NCBI GenBank assembly: GCA_963843145.1
Contig: CAWJJC010000027.1
Span: forward strand, 384,001-448,000
From: an uncultured delta proteobacterium
Lineage (GTDB): Bacteria > Desulfobacterota > RBG-13-43-22
DNA length: 64,000 bases
Reading direction: 5' to 3'
Numbering within the stretch: the first letter of the stretch is position 1; every line of letters begins with the position of its first letter. Below, piece by piece: positions 49,665 through 59,826 of this stretch. The notes under the pieces were generated by a model that saw only the letters and a program-made list of their open reading frames with translations, had not been told where the DNA came from and did no database searches. The position numbers and the translations under genes are program-made.

Positions 49665-50459
49665 CTACCACGATTCGTTCCCACTGAACGCCTTATCCCC
49701 CGAATAGATTCTGATTACCTCTGGGTTGTTCAATACTACTTCGGGTTTTCCCTCTGTAATTTTGGTGCCAAAGTTAAGCACGACGATCCAATCGGCAAGG
49801 TCGCTCACCATCTGCATATCATGTTCAACCCAAACCATGGTCATCCCCATCTCATGTTTGATCCTGAGCATGAAGCGGGCAAGGTCTTCCTTTTCCTGGC
49901 GGTTCATCCCAGCAGATGGCTCATCCAGTAAAAGTATCTGAGGTTCTATGGCCAGGGCCCTCCCAAGGCCTATGATCTTCTGAATGCCATAAGGTAAGTC
50001 CGAGACCATTCTCTTACGGTACCTCTGCAGTTCGAGAAAATAGATAATTTCCTCTGCCGCCTCCCGCTGCTCCAGCTCTTCCTTCAAAGTCTTTCCCCAG
50101 AAGAGGCCGTTCGATAGGAGACCTCCCCGTATTTTCAGGTGTCTGCCTATGAGAAGGTTGTCGAGAACCGTCAGATGCGGGAAGAGCTCTACATGCTGAA
50201 AAGTTCGTGCGATGCCAGCCTTGGCCACTTCGTGGGGCTTTGCTTTCGCCAGGTTGATGCCGTTGAAGATAATTGTCCCCTCCGTAGGAGGGTAAATGCC
50301 GCTTATACAGTTGAAGGCGCTCGTTTTCCCTGCGCCATTCGGACCTATGAGGGCGAGCAACTCCCCACTGTGGACATCCATAGAGATATTATTGAGGATC
50401 CCCAGGCCCCGCACAGAGAAACTTAAGGACTTTAGGCTCAAATGGATCGGCCTATCCAT
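49665..50459 (-). CDS. LivG-like ABC ATPase
   Basis: GPNGAGKTS, GIARTFQ, LPYG, LDEPSAGM, VEHDM. Confidence 0.9.
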   Translation of the reverse strand: MDRPIHLSLKSLSFSVRGLGILNNISMDVHSGELLALIGPNGAGKTSAFNCISGIYPPTEGTIIFNGINLAKAKPHEVAKAGIARTFQHVELFPHLTVLDNLLIGRHLKIRGGLLSNGLFWGKTLKEELEQREAAEEIIYFLELQRYRKRMVSDLPYGIQKIIGLGRALAIEPQILLLDEPSAGMNRQEKEDLARFMLRIKHEMGMTMVWVEHDMQMVSDLADWIVVLNFGTKITEGKPEVVLNNPEVIRIYSGDKAFSGNESW

Positions 50460-51267
50460 AGCATCTCCTGGTACGCCGGTACTGTTTCACCGCGGCATAG
50501 CTCCTCCTTGAGTCCTTTTGTCCTTGTCCCAAGTAAAAGTCCTTGATATTTTGATCATTTTTGAGCATATCCCGATTCCCGGCTAGGACGATGCGGCCGT
50601 TTTCAATTACATAGCCATAGTCGGCTATTTCGAGAGCGGCCACCGCATTCTGTTCCACCAGGAGTATGGAAATTCCCTGCTCATTGCAGATCAACTTGAG
50701 GAGATTCATGAGTTCCCTTACTATGATGGGTGCCAGCCCAAGAGAAAGCTCATCAACGAGCAACAATCGGGGCTGGCAGAGAAGCGCCGTTGCCAGGGCC
50801 AACATCTGTCGTTCCCCTCCGCTTAGATAGCCGGCCAGGCGGTTTCGGACCTTTCCGAGAAGTGGAAAATATTCAAAGACGCGTTGGTGGAGGATGGGGT
50901 TATGCGCCTTTCCGGTGCAGGGAACAGCAATTTCGAGGTTTTCTTCGACGGTGAGGCTTTCGAACACCTTATCGCGCTCCGGTACGAGGACAAGACCTTT
51001 CTGGGCGATTTGGTGGGGGAACTTTCCTTGAATCTGCTCTCCTCGAAAAGTTATAAACCCCTCGGTTACCTTGGCATTATCCACCCCGAGGAACCCCGAT
51101 ATGGCCCGCAGGGTCGTCGTCTTCCCCGCCCCGTTGACACCCAGAAGGGCCACAATCCGATTTCTTGCTACACCGAGGGATACACCCTGAACAGCAGTTG
51201 ACACGTTATGGTAGACCACTTCCAGGTTTTCCACGGCGAGAAGGATTTCGTCCCTATCGTCAGTCAT
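50452..51267 (-). CDS. LivF-like ABC ATPase
   Basis: GVNGAGKTT, LSGGERQML, DELSLGLAP, VEQNA. Confidence 0.9.
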   Translation of the reverse strand: MTDDRDEILLAVENLEVVYHNVSTAVQGVSLGVARNRIVALLGVNGAGKTTTLRAISGFLGVDNAKVTEGFITFRGEQIQGKFPHQIAQKGLVLVPERDKVFESLTVEENLEIAVPCTGKAHNPILHQRVFEYFPLLGKVRNRLAGYLSGGERQMLALATALLCQPRLLLVDELSLGLAPIIVRELMNLLKLICNEQGISILLVEQNAVAALEIADYGYVIENGRIVLAGNRDMLKNDQNIKDFYLGQGQKDSRRSYAAVKQYRRTRRCYG

Positions 51268-51272
51268 CGGCG

Positions 51273-52334
51273 CTATCTTCCTAAAGGTTTGTATTTGAAC
51301 GGCCACATCAGGAAATAATTCTTGATCCGATTCCAGATGCCCACAAGGCCGCTCGGCTCAAGAAGAAGAAAAATAATCATGATGAGCCCGAAACTCCCAT
51401 ACTTGACGGCAGAAATATAGGTAGTGAACCGCGTCGGGATCGAAAACGTACTGGCCGCCATATCGATGAGATAGGGGAGGAGCACAATAAAGATTGTGCC
51501 GAATATGGTCCCGAGAATGGAGCCCAGACCTCCAATAATGATGATGGCAACATACTCGATGGTGGTGAACAGTGAAAAGGCCTCAACGGACACGAACCCC
51601 CGATAATAGGCGAAGAGACCTCCCGCGATAGAGGTAATGGTCGAACTGACCATAAACGCCGAAACCTTATAGAAGGAAACATTGACTCCCAAGGCTTCGG
51701 CAGCTACGTCCCTGTCCCGGATGGCCACCCAGGCCCGACCTGTTTTGGATCGGAGCAGGTTCATCGAAAAAAGAATAAGCAAAAGGTCTGCAGCCAGAAA
51801 CGCAAAGTACCAGACTACGGGGTTTTCTATGATGAAAGGCCCTATTTTCGGTGGGTCTATCACAACGCCGGTGGCGAACTCTCTTCGTGTCTGGTACTCG
51901 GAGCCAAGATAAATGACGATAAAATGGAGCGCCATGGTACTCAGCGCTAGATACAACCCTTTAAGGCGCAACGAGGGAAAACCAAAAATGAACCCCAGAA
52001 TGGCCCCTATCAATCCAGAGGCGGGCAGCGTAATCCAGATGGGTGCCTGCACCTCTTTGAAAAGTATGGCTGTGGTGAACGCACCCGCTGCCAGCAATCC
52101 AGCATGCCCTAACGATATCTGTCCCGCATATCCCGTCAGAAGCATCAGGGCAAGCGCCCCGATCAGAGTAAGAAAAATCTGGGCAGCTAGGTCAATTCCA
52201 AAGGCAGTAGTGAAAAAGGGGAAGGCCAGAAGGCCCGTGCCCAGTAATGCCAGCAGTACCCACCTGTTCCTCGTTTCCACCAAGGACAAATCTTCTCGAT
52301 AACTTGTCTTCACACCTCCGTTTGAATAGGCCAT
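51273..52334 (-). CDS. LivM-like ABC permease
   Basis: GYAGQISLGHA, RLKGLYLAL, GRAWVAIRD, IIGGLGS. Confidence 0.9.
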   Translation of the reverse strand: MAYSNGGVKTSYREDLSLVETRNRWVLLALLGTGLLAFPFFTTAFGIDLAAQIFLTLIGALALMLLTGYAGQISLGHAGLLAAGAFTTAILFKEVQAPIWITLPASGLIGAILGFIFGFPSLRLKGLYLALSTMALHFIVIYLGSEYQTRREFATGVVIDPPKIGPFIIENPVVWYFAFLAADLLLILFSMNLLRSKTGRAWVAIRDRDVAAEALGVNVSFYKVSAFMVSSTITSIAGGLFAYYRGFVSVEAFSLFTTIEYVAIIIIGGLGSILGTIFGTIFIVLLPYLIDMAASTFSIPTRFTTYISAVKYGSFGLIMIIFLLLEPSGLVGIWNRIKNYFLMWPFKYKPLGR

Positions 52335-53213
52335 TTATACCCTGTCCAATTCTTCCTTAGTGCCGAAAAGCCCCCATGGTCTGACAAGCAGCATGCACAA
52401 GAGCACAAAAAAAGGAGCAGCTTCGCTTACTTCGGGACTTATATAATTTATAGCTAGAATCTCCGCCAGGGCAACAATGAGGGCGCCGGGGATTACTCCT
52501 GCCAGACTGTCCAGTCCACCGACGAGGACAACAGGGAAGGCCTTAAGCCCGATGACAAACAGGTTTGGCTCAAGACCGCTGTCGCAGGCCTGGATCATCC
52601 CGGCAAAACCTGCTGCAAAGACAGCTATCGCCCAAGAGATGGCATAGTAAAGATGGAGCCTTATGCCCCTCTGGGAGGATAGCAGGGGGTTTTCTCCTAC
52701 GGCACGCATTCGGAGACCCCATCGGGTAAATTTCAAGCCGAAGAAAAGACCTGTATACAGCACAATGGAGCTGACGACGGTGACCAAACCGAAGGTGGAA
52801 ACAACGGCCCCCTTCATCAGGGTATAGGAGACGTTCTTAAGGCCAAGCTGCTCAAGGGGATGCAAGGCCTGGGCGGTCCAGATCAGCGTGATGAGGCCCC
52901 GCAGGAGAATTCCCAGTGATATGGTGACGAGAACGCCTGCGAAAATAGATTTACCCGAGATAAAACGCATGAGAAAAAAATAAATGAGGAAACCCAGTAC
53001 CAAGCTAAGGATACAGGCTCCTACAAAAGCAACCATGGGGTGAACCCCCACCCACAGTGCCGAGGTAAAAAGAAAGTAACCGCCCATGGCCATGAGTTCT
53101 CCGTGGGCTAGGTTCAACACACGGCTCACTTTGTATATGAGAACATAGCCACAACAGATCAGAGAATAAAGTGCGGTAAGCACGACGACATTGACGGCTA
53201 ATTGCATAAACAT
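52335..53213 (-). CDS. LivH-like ABC permease
   Basis: LNLAHGE, GLRMRAV, VGGLDS, VRPWGLFG. Confidence 0.9.
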   Translation of the reverse strand: MFMQLAVNVVVLTALYSLICCGYVLIYKVSRVLNLAHGELMAMGGYFLFTSALWVGVHPMVAFVGACILSLVLGFLIYFFLMRFISGKSIFAGVLVTISLGILLRGLITLIWTAQALHPLEQLGLKNVSYTLMKGAVVSTFGLVTVVSSIVLYTGLFFGLKFTRWGLRMRAVGENPLLSSQRGIRLHLYYAISWAIAVFAAGFAGMIQACDSGLEPNLFVIGLKAFPVVLVGGLDSLAGVIPGALIVALAEILAINYISPEVSEAAPFFVLLCMLLVRPWGLFGTKEELDRV

Positions 53214-53523
53214 AATGGATTAATATAGTTATAAATCATTACAGTTTTTCGCCTACGACCTGGAGATATTCAACCTAATTGAATTATAATTTACATGATA
53301 TTGATATGTCAATAACTTTTTTTAACATAAATCCTAATATCCTCTTTTTTTCTTGACATATTATAATTTTATTAGGTAATATGTATTTAAATAGATAGAT
53401 TATTCATTTTTTATTAATAAATTATAATATTATTAGGAATAGTTTATTTAAAAAGACAATTATATCTTAAAGATCCTGGAATGTTAGGTAACTATATTAT
53501 TTAATTAGCTTAGGAATAGACCG

Positions 53524-54123
53524 ATGCCAACTGACAAGTCTTCAAAAGACAGTACGAAGGACCGAATTCTGAAGGCCGCCACAAAGCTCTTCGCTGAACA
53601 GGGATACCAGGCCACTATTGTCGACATTTCCAAAGAGGCAGGCTATTCCGAGGCAGCTCTGTACGAGTATTTTCAGGGCAAGGAAGAGTTGCTCCTTACC
53701 ATCCCCCACATGTGGGTCGTTGATGGGATTGAGGAATTGAAAGAACAGTTGTTCGGTATAAAAGGAGCCTTTAATAAGCTTAGAAAGTTCCTCTGGTGGT
53801 ATATGCGGTATATTGAAAAGGCCCCGCTCACCGCCAAGGTGGTTTTTCTCCATATTAAAGTGAACCGGAATTTTGTTGATACCGAGGTCTACTCCCACGT
53901 AAAGACCTTTTATGCCTCCCTTATCGACATATTTGAAGAGGGGAAGCAGTCAGGTGAGATTAGGAGCGATTTGAACCCCTTCGTGGCGAGAAGCATCTTC
54001 ATCGGGACCATCGAGCATATGACTATCCGCTGGCTGCTGAAAGATATGACCTATTCACTTTTCGATACACTTGAGGAGACCTTTGACCTCCTTGTGGATG
54101 GCTTACGACCGCCGAACTCATGA
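53524..54123 (+). CDS. TetR/AcrR family regulator
   Basis: ILKAATKLFAEQGY..ISKEAG..LYEYFQGKEEL; divergent from the ABC genes across an AT-rich spacer. Confidence 0.92.
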   Translation: MPTDKSSKDSTKDRILKAATKLFAEQGYQATIVDISKEAGYSEAALYEYFQGKEELLLTIPHMWVVDGIEELKEQLFGIKGAFNKLRKFLWWYMRYIEKAPLTAKVVFLHIKVNRNFVDTEVYSHVKTFYASLIDIFEEGKQSGEIRSDLNPFVARSIFIGTIEHMTIRWLLKDMTYSLFDTLEETFDLLVDGLRPPNS

Positions 54124-54169
54124 GCGGACTCCATAGGATGCAGGAGGATTGGGGTTTAAAAAGAGAGAA

Positions 54170-56071
54170 ATGGAAGCACTGAAAAAGTATGAGGAACTGA
54201 GAAATAAGACAGTTCCTGGGCTCTTGCGAGAGCGGGCACGCACCAGGCCAGATGGAGTTGCCTATCTTTCAAAGAAAAAAGGGATCTACCAGAAACGGAC
54301 CTGGTCGGAATTCCACGGGATGGTTGCTGGCTGTGCCATAGCTTTCATGGGTCTAGGCCTTCGGAAAGGCCATCGTCTTGCCCTTATGGGAGACCCCTCG
54401 GCGGAATATGTTATTGCAGAACTGGCAGCCCAATGCCTCGGGGCCGTTACCTACGGCATTTACCCCACCTCCTCACAAAAAGAGCTTTGTTACCTCCTGG
54501 GGGACGGCGGCGCATCCATTTTTGTGGCAGAAAACCATGAATATGTGGATAGGCTCTTACCCATCCTTGAAGGTCTGAAACAACTGAAACAGATCATAGT
54601 GATCGATACGAAGGGGATGTTCACTTACCGCCACCCTCTGCTTACCTCCTTTGAGGACCTCATGCTCGAAGGCAAGAATCGACTCTCATCGGAACAAAAG
54701 GCCTTTGACGAATATGTGAGTAGGGTGGCCCCCACTGACGGACTCTCCATCATCTATACATCGGGCACTACGGGAAATCCCAAAGGGGTACTGGTCAGCC
54801 ACGGCAAGCATCTTGCCGCCGCTTATACTTTTTTAGACCGTTACCCGATCCTGGCCAAGTGCCCGCATAGGACCGTTGTTTATCTCCCCCTCTGCCACAT
54901 CGTCGGGAAGGTGGTGGCTATAACGCTGCCCCTTTTGGCTGACCTGATTCCTCATTACGGCGAGGACATCGTAGATCTCGAGCAGACGATTTTCGATACG
55001 GGTCCTACCGTGTTGTTTACCGTACCTAGGTACGTTCAGAAGTTTGCTTCCAAAGTACTTGTGGGGATTCAGAACACCAGTGGCTTCAAGAAGATTTTGT
55101 ACCATCTTGCACTTGCCCTCGGCCGAAAGTACGCAAGAAACCTTTGGGAGGGCAGACAGAGTATCCTGGTTTCATTGGGATATTTCCTAGCCTCTTGGAC
55201 CATCTTCAAGCCCATCTTAAACCAGATCGGCTTCGACAAGGTCAGGCTCCTCCTCTCCGTAGGTGCACCCCTCTCGCCAGAACTCGCCGTATTATGGCAG
55301 ATTTACGGTGTCAATCTTTCGGATATTTATGGGCAGACTGAAACTGGCGGCGCTATCATAGCCTCCCAAGGGCAAAGTTTCCCCAGACCCGGCGATGTGG
55401 GAGTGCCACCGACGGGATGGGAGGTCGGGCTGGGCGAGAATCGAGAGATTCTAGTAAGAGGACAGGATCTCTTCGAAGGATACTGGAATAATCCGACCAT
55501 GACACAGGCCGTATTAGATAATGACGGATGGCTCCATACCGGCGATACCGGTGAATGGACACCAAAGGGACAGTTACGTATTCTTGACCGCCTCCGGGAC
55601 ATCATAGTTACTTCCGGAGGGAAGACCTTGAGTCCCACTTCGATAGAAAGCTCGCTACGGGCAAGCCCCTATATCAATGAGGCTGTCGTCTTTGGTCATA
55701 ATCGGAATTACATAACCGCCCTCATCGAAATTGACTTTGAAACCGTCTCCGCCTGGGCTAGGCTTCACAATGTTACGTATACGGGTTTTAGTGATCTAAG
55801 CGGGAATGCGCAAATACTCCGCCTGGTCGACGATGAGATAGACAAGGCCAATGCGGACCTGGCCCGGGTGGCCCAGGTAAAGGATTTCCGTATCTTGCCT
55901 CAGGAACTCGATCCCTGGCACGATGAGGAGCCCATAACACCTACCAGAAAGGTGAAGCGGGACCTTATGTATCAGAAGTATGAAAAGCTGATCGAGTCGA
56001 TGTACACTGATAAACAGGAGGAAGGGCTGGTTACCTCCGAAATCGGGGATCTGCTGTTGTCGAACTCCTGA
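54170..56071 (+). CDS. AMP-binding acyl-CoA synthetase (long-chain type)
   Basis: YTSGTTGNPKG, YGQTE, WLHTGD, DRLRD, TPTRKVKR. Confidence 0.9.
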   Translation: MEALKKYEELRNKTVPGLLRERARTRPDGVAYLSKKKGIYQKRTWSEFHGMVAGCAIAFMGLGLRKGHRLALMGDPSAEYVIAELAAQCLGAVTYGIYPTSSQKELCYLLGDGGASIFVAENHEYVDRLLPILEGLKQLKQIIVIDTKGMFTYRHPLLTSFEDLMLEGKNRLSSEQKAFDEYVSRVAPTDGLSIIYTSGTTGNPKGVLVSHGKHLAAAYTFLDRYPILAKCPHRTVVYLPLCHIVGKVVAITLPLLADLIPHYGEDIVDLEQTIFDTGPTVLFTVPRYVQKFASKVLVGIQNTSGFKKILYHLALALGRKYARNLWEGRQSILVSLGYFLASWTIFKPILNQIGFDKVRLLLSVGAPLSPELAVLWQIYGVNLSDIYGQTETGGAIIASQGQSFPRPGDVGVPPTGWEVGLGENREILVRGQDLFEGYWNNPTMTQAVLDNDGWLHTGDTGEWTPKGQLRILDRLRDIIVTSGGKTLSPTSIESSLRASPYINEAVVFGHNRNYITALIEIDFETVSAWARLHNVTYTGFSDLSGNAQILRLVDDEIDKANADLARVAQVKDFRILPQELDPWHDEEPITPTRKVKRDLMYQKYEKLIESMYTDKQEEGLVTSEIGDLLLSNS

Positions 56072-56156
56072 TAGTGTGCCTTGAGCGATCAGGGAGGTCA
56101 ATAGCAAACTGCTGGTTGATTTCAGACAATAAAAAAATATTAAGGAGGACTGAACC

Positions 56157-57332
56157 ATGTTACGGAAAGGAATGTATGGATTTTTGCTGGTGGTATGTCT
56201 CTTGGCTTTGTGCTGGGGTCCTGCCTACGCGCAGGAAGGCTATGTCGTCGGATTCAATCTCGCCATAACAGGTTTCGGTGCTGAGACCTATGCACCGATA
56301 AAGGATGCATTTGACGCCTATTTCAAGGACGTAAATGCCAGGGGGGGCATAAACGGACATCCCGTCAAAATTATCTATGAGGACGACACTTCACAGCCAT
56401 CCAAGGCGGCGGCCAATGCAAAAAAGCTAATCTACCAGGATAAAGTCATTCTGCTCATGAACGCCAGTTTGTCCAGTACCTTTCCGCCCACGGTCAGCAC
56501 TGCAAAACAGGCGAAGGTGCCCGTCTTTTTCGCCGGCGCGGTCTGTCCGCCGGAGGTATATCCTCCACACCCTGACCCTTATCAATTCTGCTCTACGGCA
56601 TTCTCCATGAAGAATGACAGTCGATTTGCCATTTCTTTCATTAAGCAGCAGACCAAACCGCCTTTCAAGCTTGGACTTGTCGCGATGAACATACCTATCT
56701 CTCGGGGAGAGATTGATTTTGCAGAGGAGCTCTCCAAGACGATGAATATCACGGTGGCAGATAAAGAGATAATCCCGCCGCCGACTGCCGATTTTACACC
56801 CTTTGCCACTAAACTAAAAAACGCAGACCCTGAGTGGGTTTATGCCTGGGCTCCCTGGGGACACGAAATAAAGACCTTGGAAGCCCTTCGCAAACTCGGT
56901 TGGAAGGGCGAATATTTGTCCTGGGCCCATTTACAAGCGGAAGATGAACTTGCCAGATTGAAGGACGACAACCTCTACGTATTTGGAACGAATGCCTTTT
57001 TTTCGGAAAACCTCGAAGTGCACAAGAAAATAAAGTCCGCGGCGAGTAGCCAGAAAACGATCTACCCATTTACCCAGTTGACCGAAGGATGGGTCGGGGC
57101 TACCGTCCTTGAGGACATTCTAAAGAATACATCTTGGCCGCCGACTCCGGAAAAGGTGCGACTTGCCATGAATCATGTTAAGGCTGATATGAAGGGGCTC
57201 AAGGGCGGACCCCTCGTATGGACGGAGAACAACCATTTCCGAACAGTAAATTATTATAGGGTTTACAAATGGGACTCTAAGAAGAACGGAATCGTAATAA
57301 TCAAAGACTGGACACCGATGGAGATTAAATAA
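56157..57332 (+). CDS. LivK/LivJ-type ABC substrate-binding protein
   Basis: Signal peptide; VNARGGINGHPV..YEDD; TADFTP. Confidence 0.88.
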   Translation: MLRKGMYGFLLVVCLLALCWGPAYAQEGYVVGFNLAITGFGAETYAPIKDAFDAYFKDVNARGGINGHPVKIIYEDDTSQPSKAAANAKKLIYQDKVILLMNASLSSTFPPTVSTAKQAKVPVFFAGAVCPPEVYPPHPDPYQFCSTAFSMKNDSRFAISFIKQQTKPPFKLGLVAMNIPISRGEIDFAEELSKTMNITVADKEIIPPPTADFTPFATKLKNADPEWVYAWAPWGHEIKTLEALRKLGWKGEYLSWAHLQAEDELARLKDDNLYVFGTNAFFSENLEVHKKIKSAASSQKTIYPFTQLTEGWVGATVLEDILKNTSWPPTPEKVRLAMNHVKADMKGLKGGPLVWTENNHFRTVNYYRVYKWDSKKNGIVIIKDWTPMEIK

Positions 57333-57366
57333 CCTATTGGACCCTTTAAATGATCCCTGGCAGATA

Positions 57367-57398
57367 GGGAGTGATCCTTCGATCACTCCCCACTTTTT
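57367..57398 (+). terminator. Rho-independent terminator
   Basis: GGGAGTGATC-CTTC-GATCACTCCC perfect 10-bp stem followed by CACTTTTT. Confidence 0.75.
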
Positions 57399-57840
57399 GA
57401 AATAGGCAGAATACCAGGCCGGCTGCCATTATCCGAAGAGAGATAAGATGTCCAAATCGGGGGCAAAATAGGCACTTAAAGGATATTGAGCATCAGGGTG
57501 TTGCTATCGCTCGCTATCACCGCTTATTAACCGAGCAACGGCGCTGCCCCTTAATGTATCCGGGATTTTTTTTATTAAAGCCTCTTCCTCCCACGGCTAT
57601 CCGATTTTGAACGTCTGATGGCCGGGTTGGAGTACATCGGCCAGAAAGGGGCCTACCGCTACCCAGTCCCGAACCTGTCGGCCCTGTCCGAGCCGAAGAT
57701 TCCTCAAAACTATTTTCAGATCGCTCCGGCGGCCGGATGAGCTGAAAGCCGGCCGGCGTATTGGATGATTTCGGAAGTTTCTCAGGGATAGGTGGCCAGA
57801 CACTTATGCGGGGCCGACTGGAGTTCCCTCTGCCGCGTAG

Positions 57841-58827
57841 TTATCCGGCCACCTTTCTCAACTCTTCCAGGAGATTGTCCTCGAGCTCAATGGTTCCGGA
57901 GGCCCGGCTTTCGGCGGCCTGACGGTTGCCCCGTTCCCCGGGCACGAAGATTTCCTGGACTCCGGGCAGCTTTGCCGTCGCCTTTACCTTTTCAATCAGG
58001 GTGCTCACGTTGCGGATGAAGGCTTCGCGATCCCCAAAGAGATCGGGATCGATAGCCAGCACGAGGTGCCCCCAATTCTTCCCGGGGTCCCCTACCCCCG
58101 CGCAGGCGGCGCCCACCAGCGGACCGGCGAGGATCTCGATAATCAGGGCCAGGCCGGCCCCTTTATACCCCCGGTCGAAAGACCGGATCGCCCCTTTGAT
58201 CGCCAGGGCCGGATCGGTGGTGAGGCTGCCGTCCGGATCATAGGCCACATCATCGGGGATGCTTTTACCGGCCGTTTGGGCCTCGACTAGCCCGTAAAAG
58301 GCCATGGCGGCCGTGGACATGTCCAGAACGATCGGACCGGGTTTCGCGGGAATCCCCACGGCCAGGGGATTGGTGCCGAAGATCGGCTGAAAGGACCCGG
58401 CCGTAGCCACCCGCGGCGGCGAACTGGCAAAGACCAGCCCCACGAGGCCCTGGCTGGCGATCTCGGAGGCGACATAGCCGATGGCGCCCGAGGACGTGGA
58501 AGTGTTGAAAGTACCGACGATGCCGATACCGCCGGCCTTGGCCTTTTCCAACACCACGTCCAACGCCTTTTTGACCACCACCATGGCCTGGTTCTGGTTT
58601 CCGTTTATTTTGGCCGACAGGGCGGTTTCCTTTTCGATCGTTATGGCCCCGGCCTTCGGGTCTTTGGGTATGCCTTTGCCGATGAGCTTGACCACCCCTT
58701 GATTGTTGCCCCGCAGTTGCGCGTAAAGCAGCATCTCCCGGATGGTGGCGGTTTCGGCGTCGTCATAGCCGTAGTGTTTAAGGGCCTTGTCGGTCAGGGC
58801 TTCCAATTCTTTCAGTTCAATCTTCAT
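57841..58827 (-). CDS. Ldh_2 family (malate/L-lactate/sulfolactate-type) oxidoreductase
   Basis: AQLRG..G, FGTNPLA, VLDMST, YKGAGLAL, VPGER. Confidence 0.88.
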   Translation of the reverse strand: MKIELKELEALTDKALKHYGYDDAETATIREMLLYAQLRGNNQGVVKLIGKGIPKDPKAGAITIEKETALSAKINGNQNQAMVVVKKALDVVLEKAKAGGIGIVGTFNTSTSSGAIGYVASEIASQGLVGLVFASSPPRVATAGSFQPIFGTNPLAVGIPAKPGPIVLDMSTAAMAFYGLVEAQTAGKSIPDDVAYDPDGSLTTDPALAIKGAIRSFDRGYKGAGLALIIEILAGPLVGAACAGVGDPGKNWGHLVLAIDPDLFGDREAFIRNVSTLIEKVKATAKLPGVQEIFVPGERGNRQAAESRASGTIELEDNLLEELRKVAG

Positions 58828-58891
58828 CCAAATTTCCTCGCTTTACCTGCTTGGCGCAGTTTTGCCACGTCCGGCGCAGTTTCTTTTCGCT

Positions 58892-59149
58892 TCAGCGATA
58901 AATATCCTTTCGATGACCAACCTTCACTACCCAGATAGCAAGTAGCTCGTCTAAAACGGAATACACCATGCGATATCGGCCATGACGGAGGCGATACCTT
59001 TCCTGGCCGGTTAGTTTTTCGCAGCCTGGCGGCCTCGGGTCAATAGCCAGCGATTGGATACGGCGCAGAATCTTCGTCAGATCTTTCTTCGGTATGGCAT
59101 TGAAGTCTTTCTGAACGGATTCCCTGAAATAGACCTTATATGCGGCCAT
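58892..59149 (-). CDS. RelE/ParE family toxin
   Basis: DPRPPGCEKLTG..YRLRHGRYRMVY..VGHRKDIYR. Confidence 0.9.
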   Translation of the reverse strand: MAAYKVYFRESVQKDFNAIPKKDLTKILRRIQSLAIDPRPPGCEKLTGQERYRLRHGRYRMVYSVLDELLAIWVVKVGHRKDIYR

Positions 59150-59372
59150 CGCGCTTTAGCCGTTTGACCATTTCATCATAAGCGATCAATGGTTCACCGA
59201 CTCTTTGCTCGAAGGCCGCAATATCTTCGGCATCTTCCGCCAGGGCTTCCCTTACGGCGTCATTGATAAGTTCTGATACCGACCGGGAAGTCTCGACCGC
59301 TTTCAGCTTTAACGCCTTATGCAGGTTGGGGTCCAAATAGACGGTGGCTCGCCTTGTTGTTTGTAAGGTCAC
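59136..59372 (-). CDS. CopG/RHH antitoxin
   Basis: RATVYLD..HKALKLKA..SVSELINDAV; overlaps the toxin start. Confidence 0.87.
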   Translation of the reverse strand: MTLQTTRRATVYLDPNLHKALKLKAVETSRSVSELINDAVREALAEDAEDIAAFEQRVGEPLIAYDEMVKRLKRDGRI

Positions 59373-59402
59373 GATAGGTCCTCCCCCAAATGAAACTATA
59401 AA

Positions 59403-59431
59403 ACTATAACACTATAACGTCTTAGCGTCAA
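59403..59431 (-). promoter_or_regulatory. Sigma70 promoter of the TA operon with ACTATAA direct repeats
   Basis: TTGACG-N17-TATAGT; three ACTATAA repeats (59396-59417) overlap the -10. Confidence 0.6.
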
Positions 59432-59511
59432 GACTCCAACCTCCACAAGTTTGAGGCGAATGTCGTATCGATCCGTGGCCCGCCACTTGAACTGGTTCGA
59501 CGTTTTTATTA

Positions 59512-59826
59512 ACGGTCTCAAAATAATATTGAACGGATTTCTTAACCCCGCCCAGTCACAAAGAAAGGCAAAAGACGATCTCTCACAGAGCACACAGAGA
59601 TCGCAGAGAATAGTTAATTTCTGATTGCCGCTGAGAGGCCGGCAATCAGAAAAAATCTCCCGCTCCGCGAATAAGACCCCGCCGGAGGCGTGAGTTGTTT
59701 TGAAAAATCGGCGTCTCAGCGATTTTTCAAAAAATAACTTGGTCTTTCTCTGTGCCCTCGGCGAACTCGAGCGAAGCGGGCGAGAGATAAAAATAACACC
59801 CTGTGTAAATACAATTATGGGACTGT
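59512..59826 (-). mobile_element. MITE-like non-coding element, copy 2
   Basis: Inverted homolog of 14051-14364; TTAA spans both junctions. Confidence 0.8.

Noticed and set aside
57420-57835. Possible gene remnant between the ABC binding protein and Ldh_2 genes
   Set aside because: Short ORFs with no identifiable family motif
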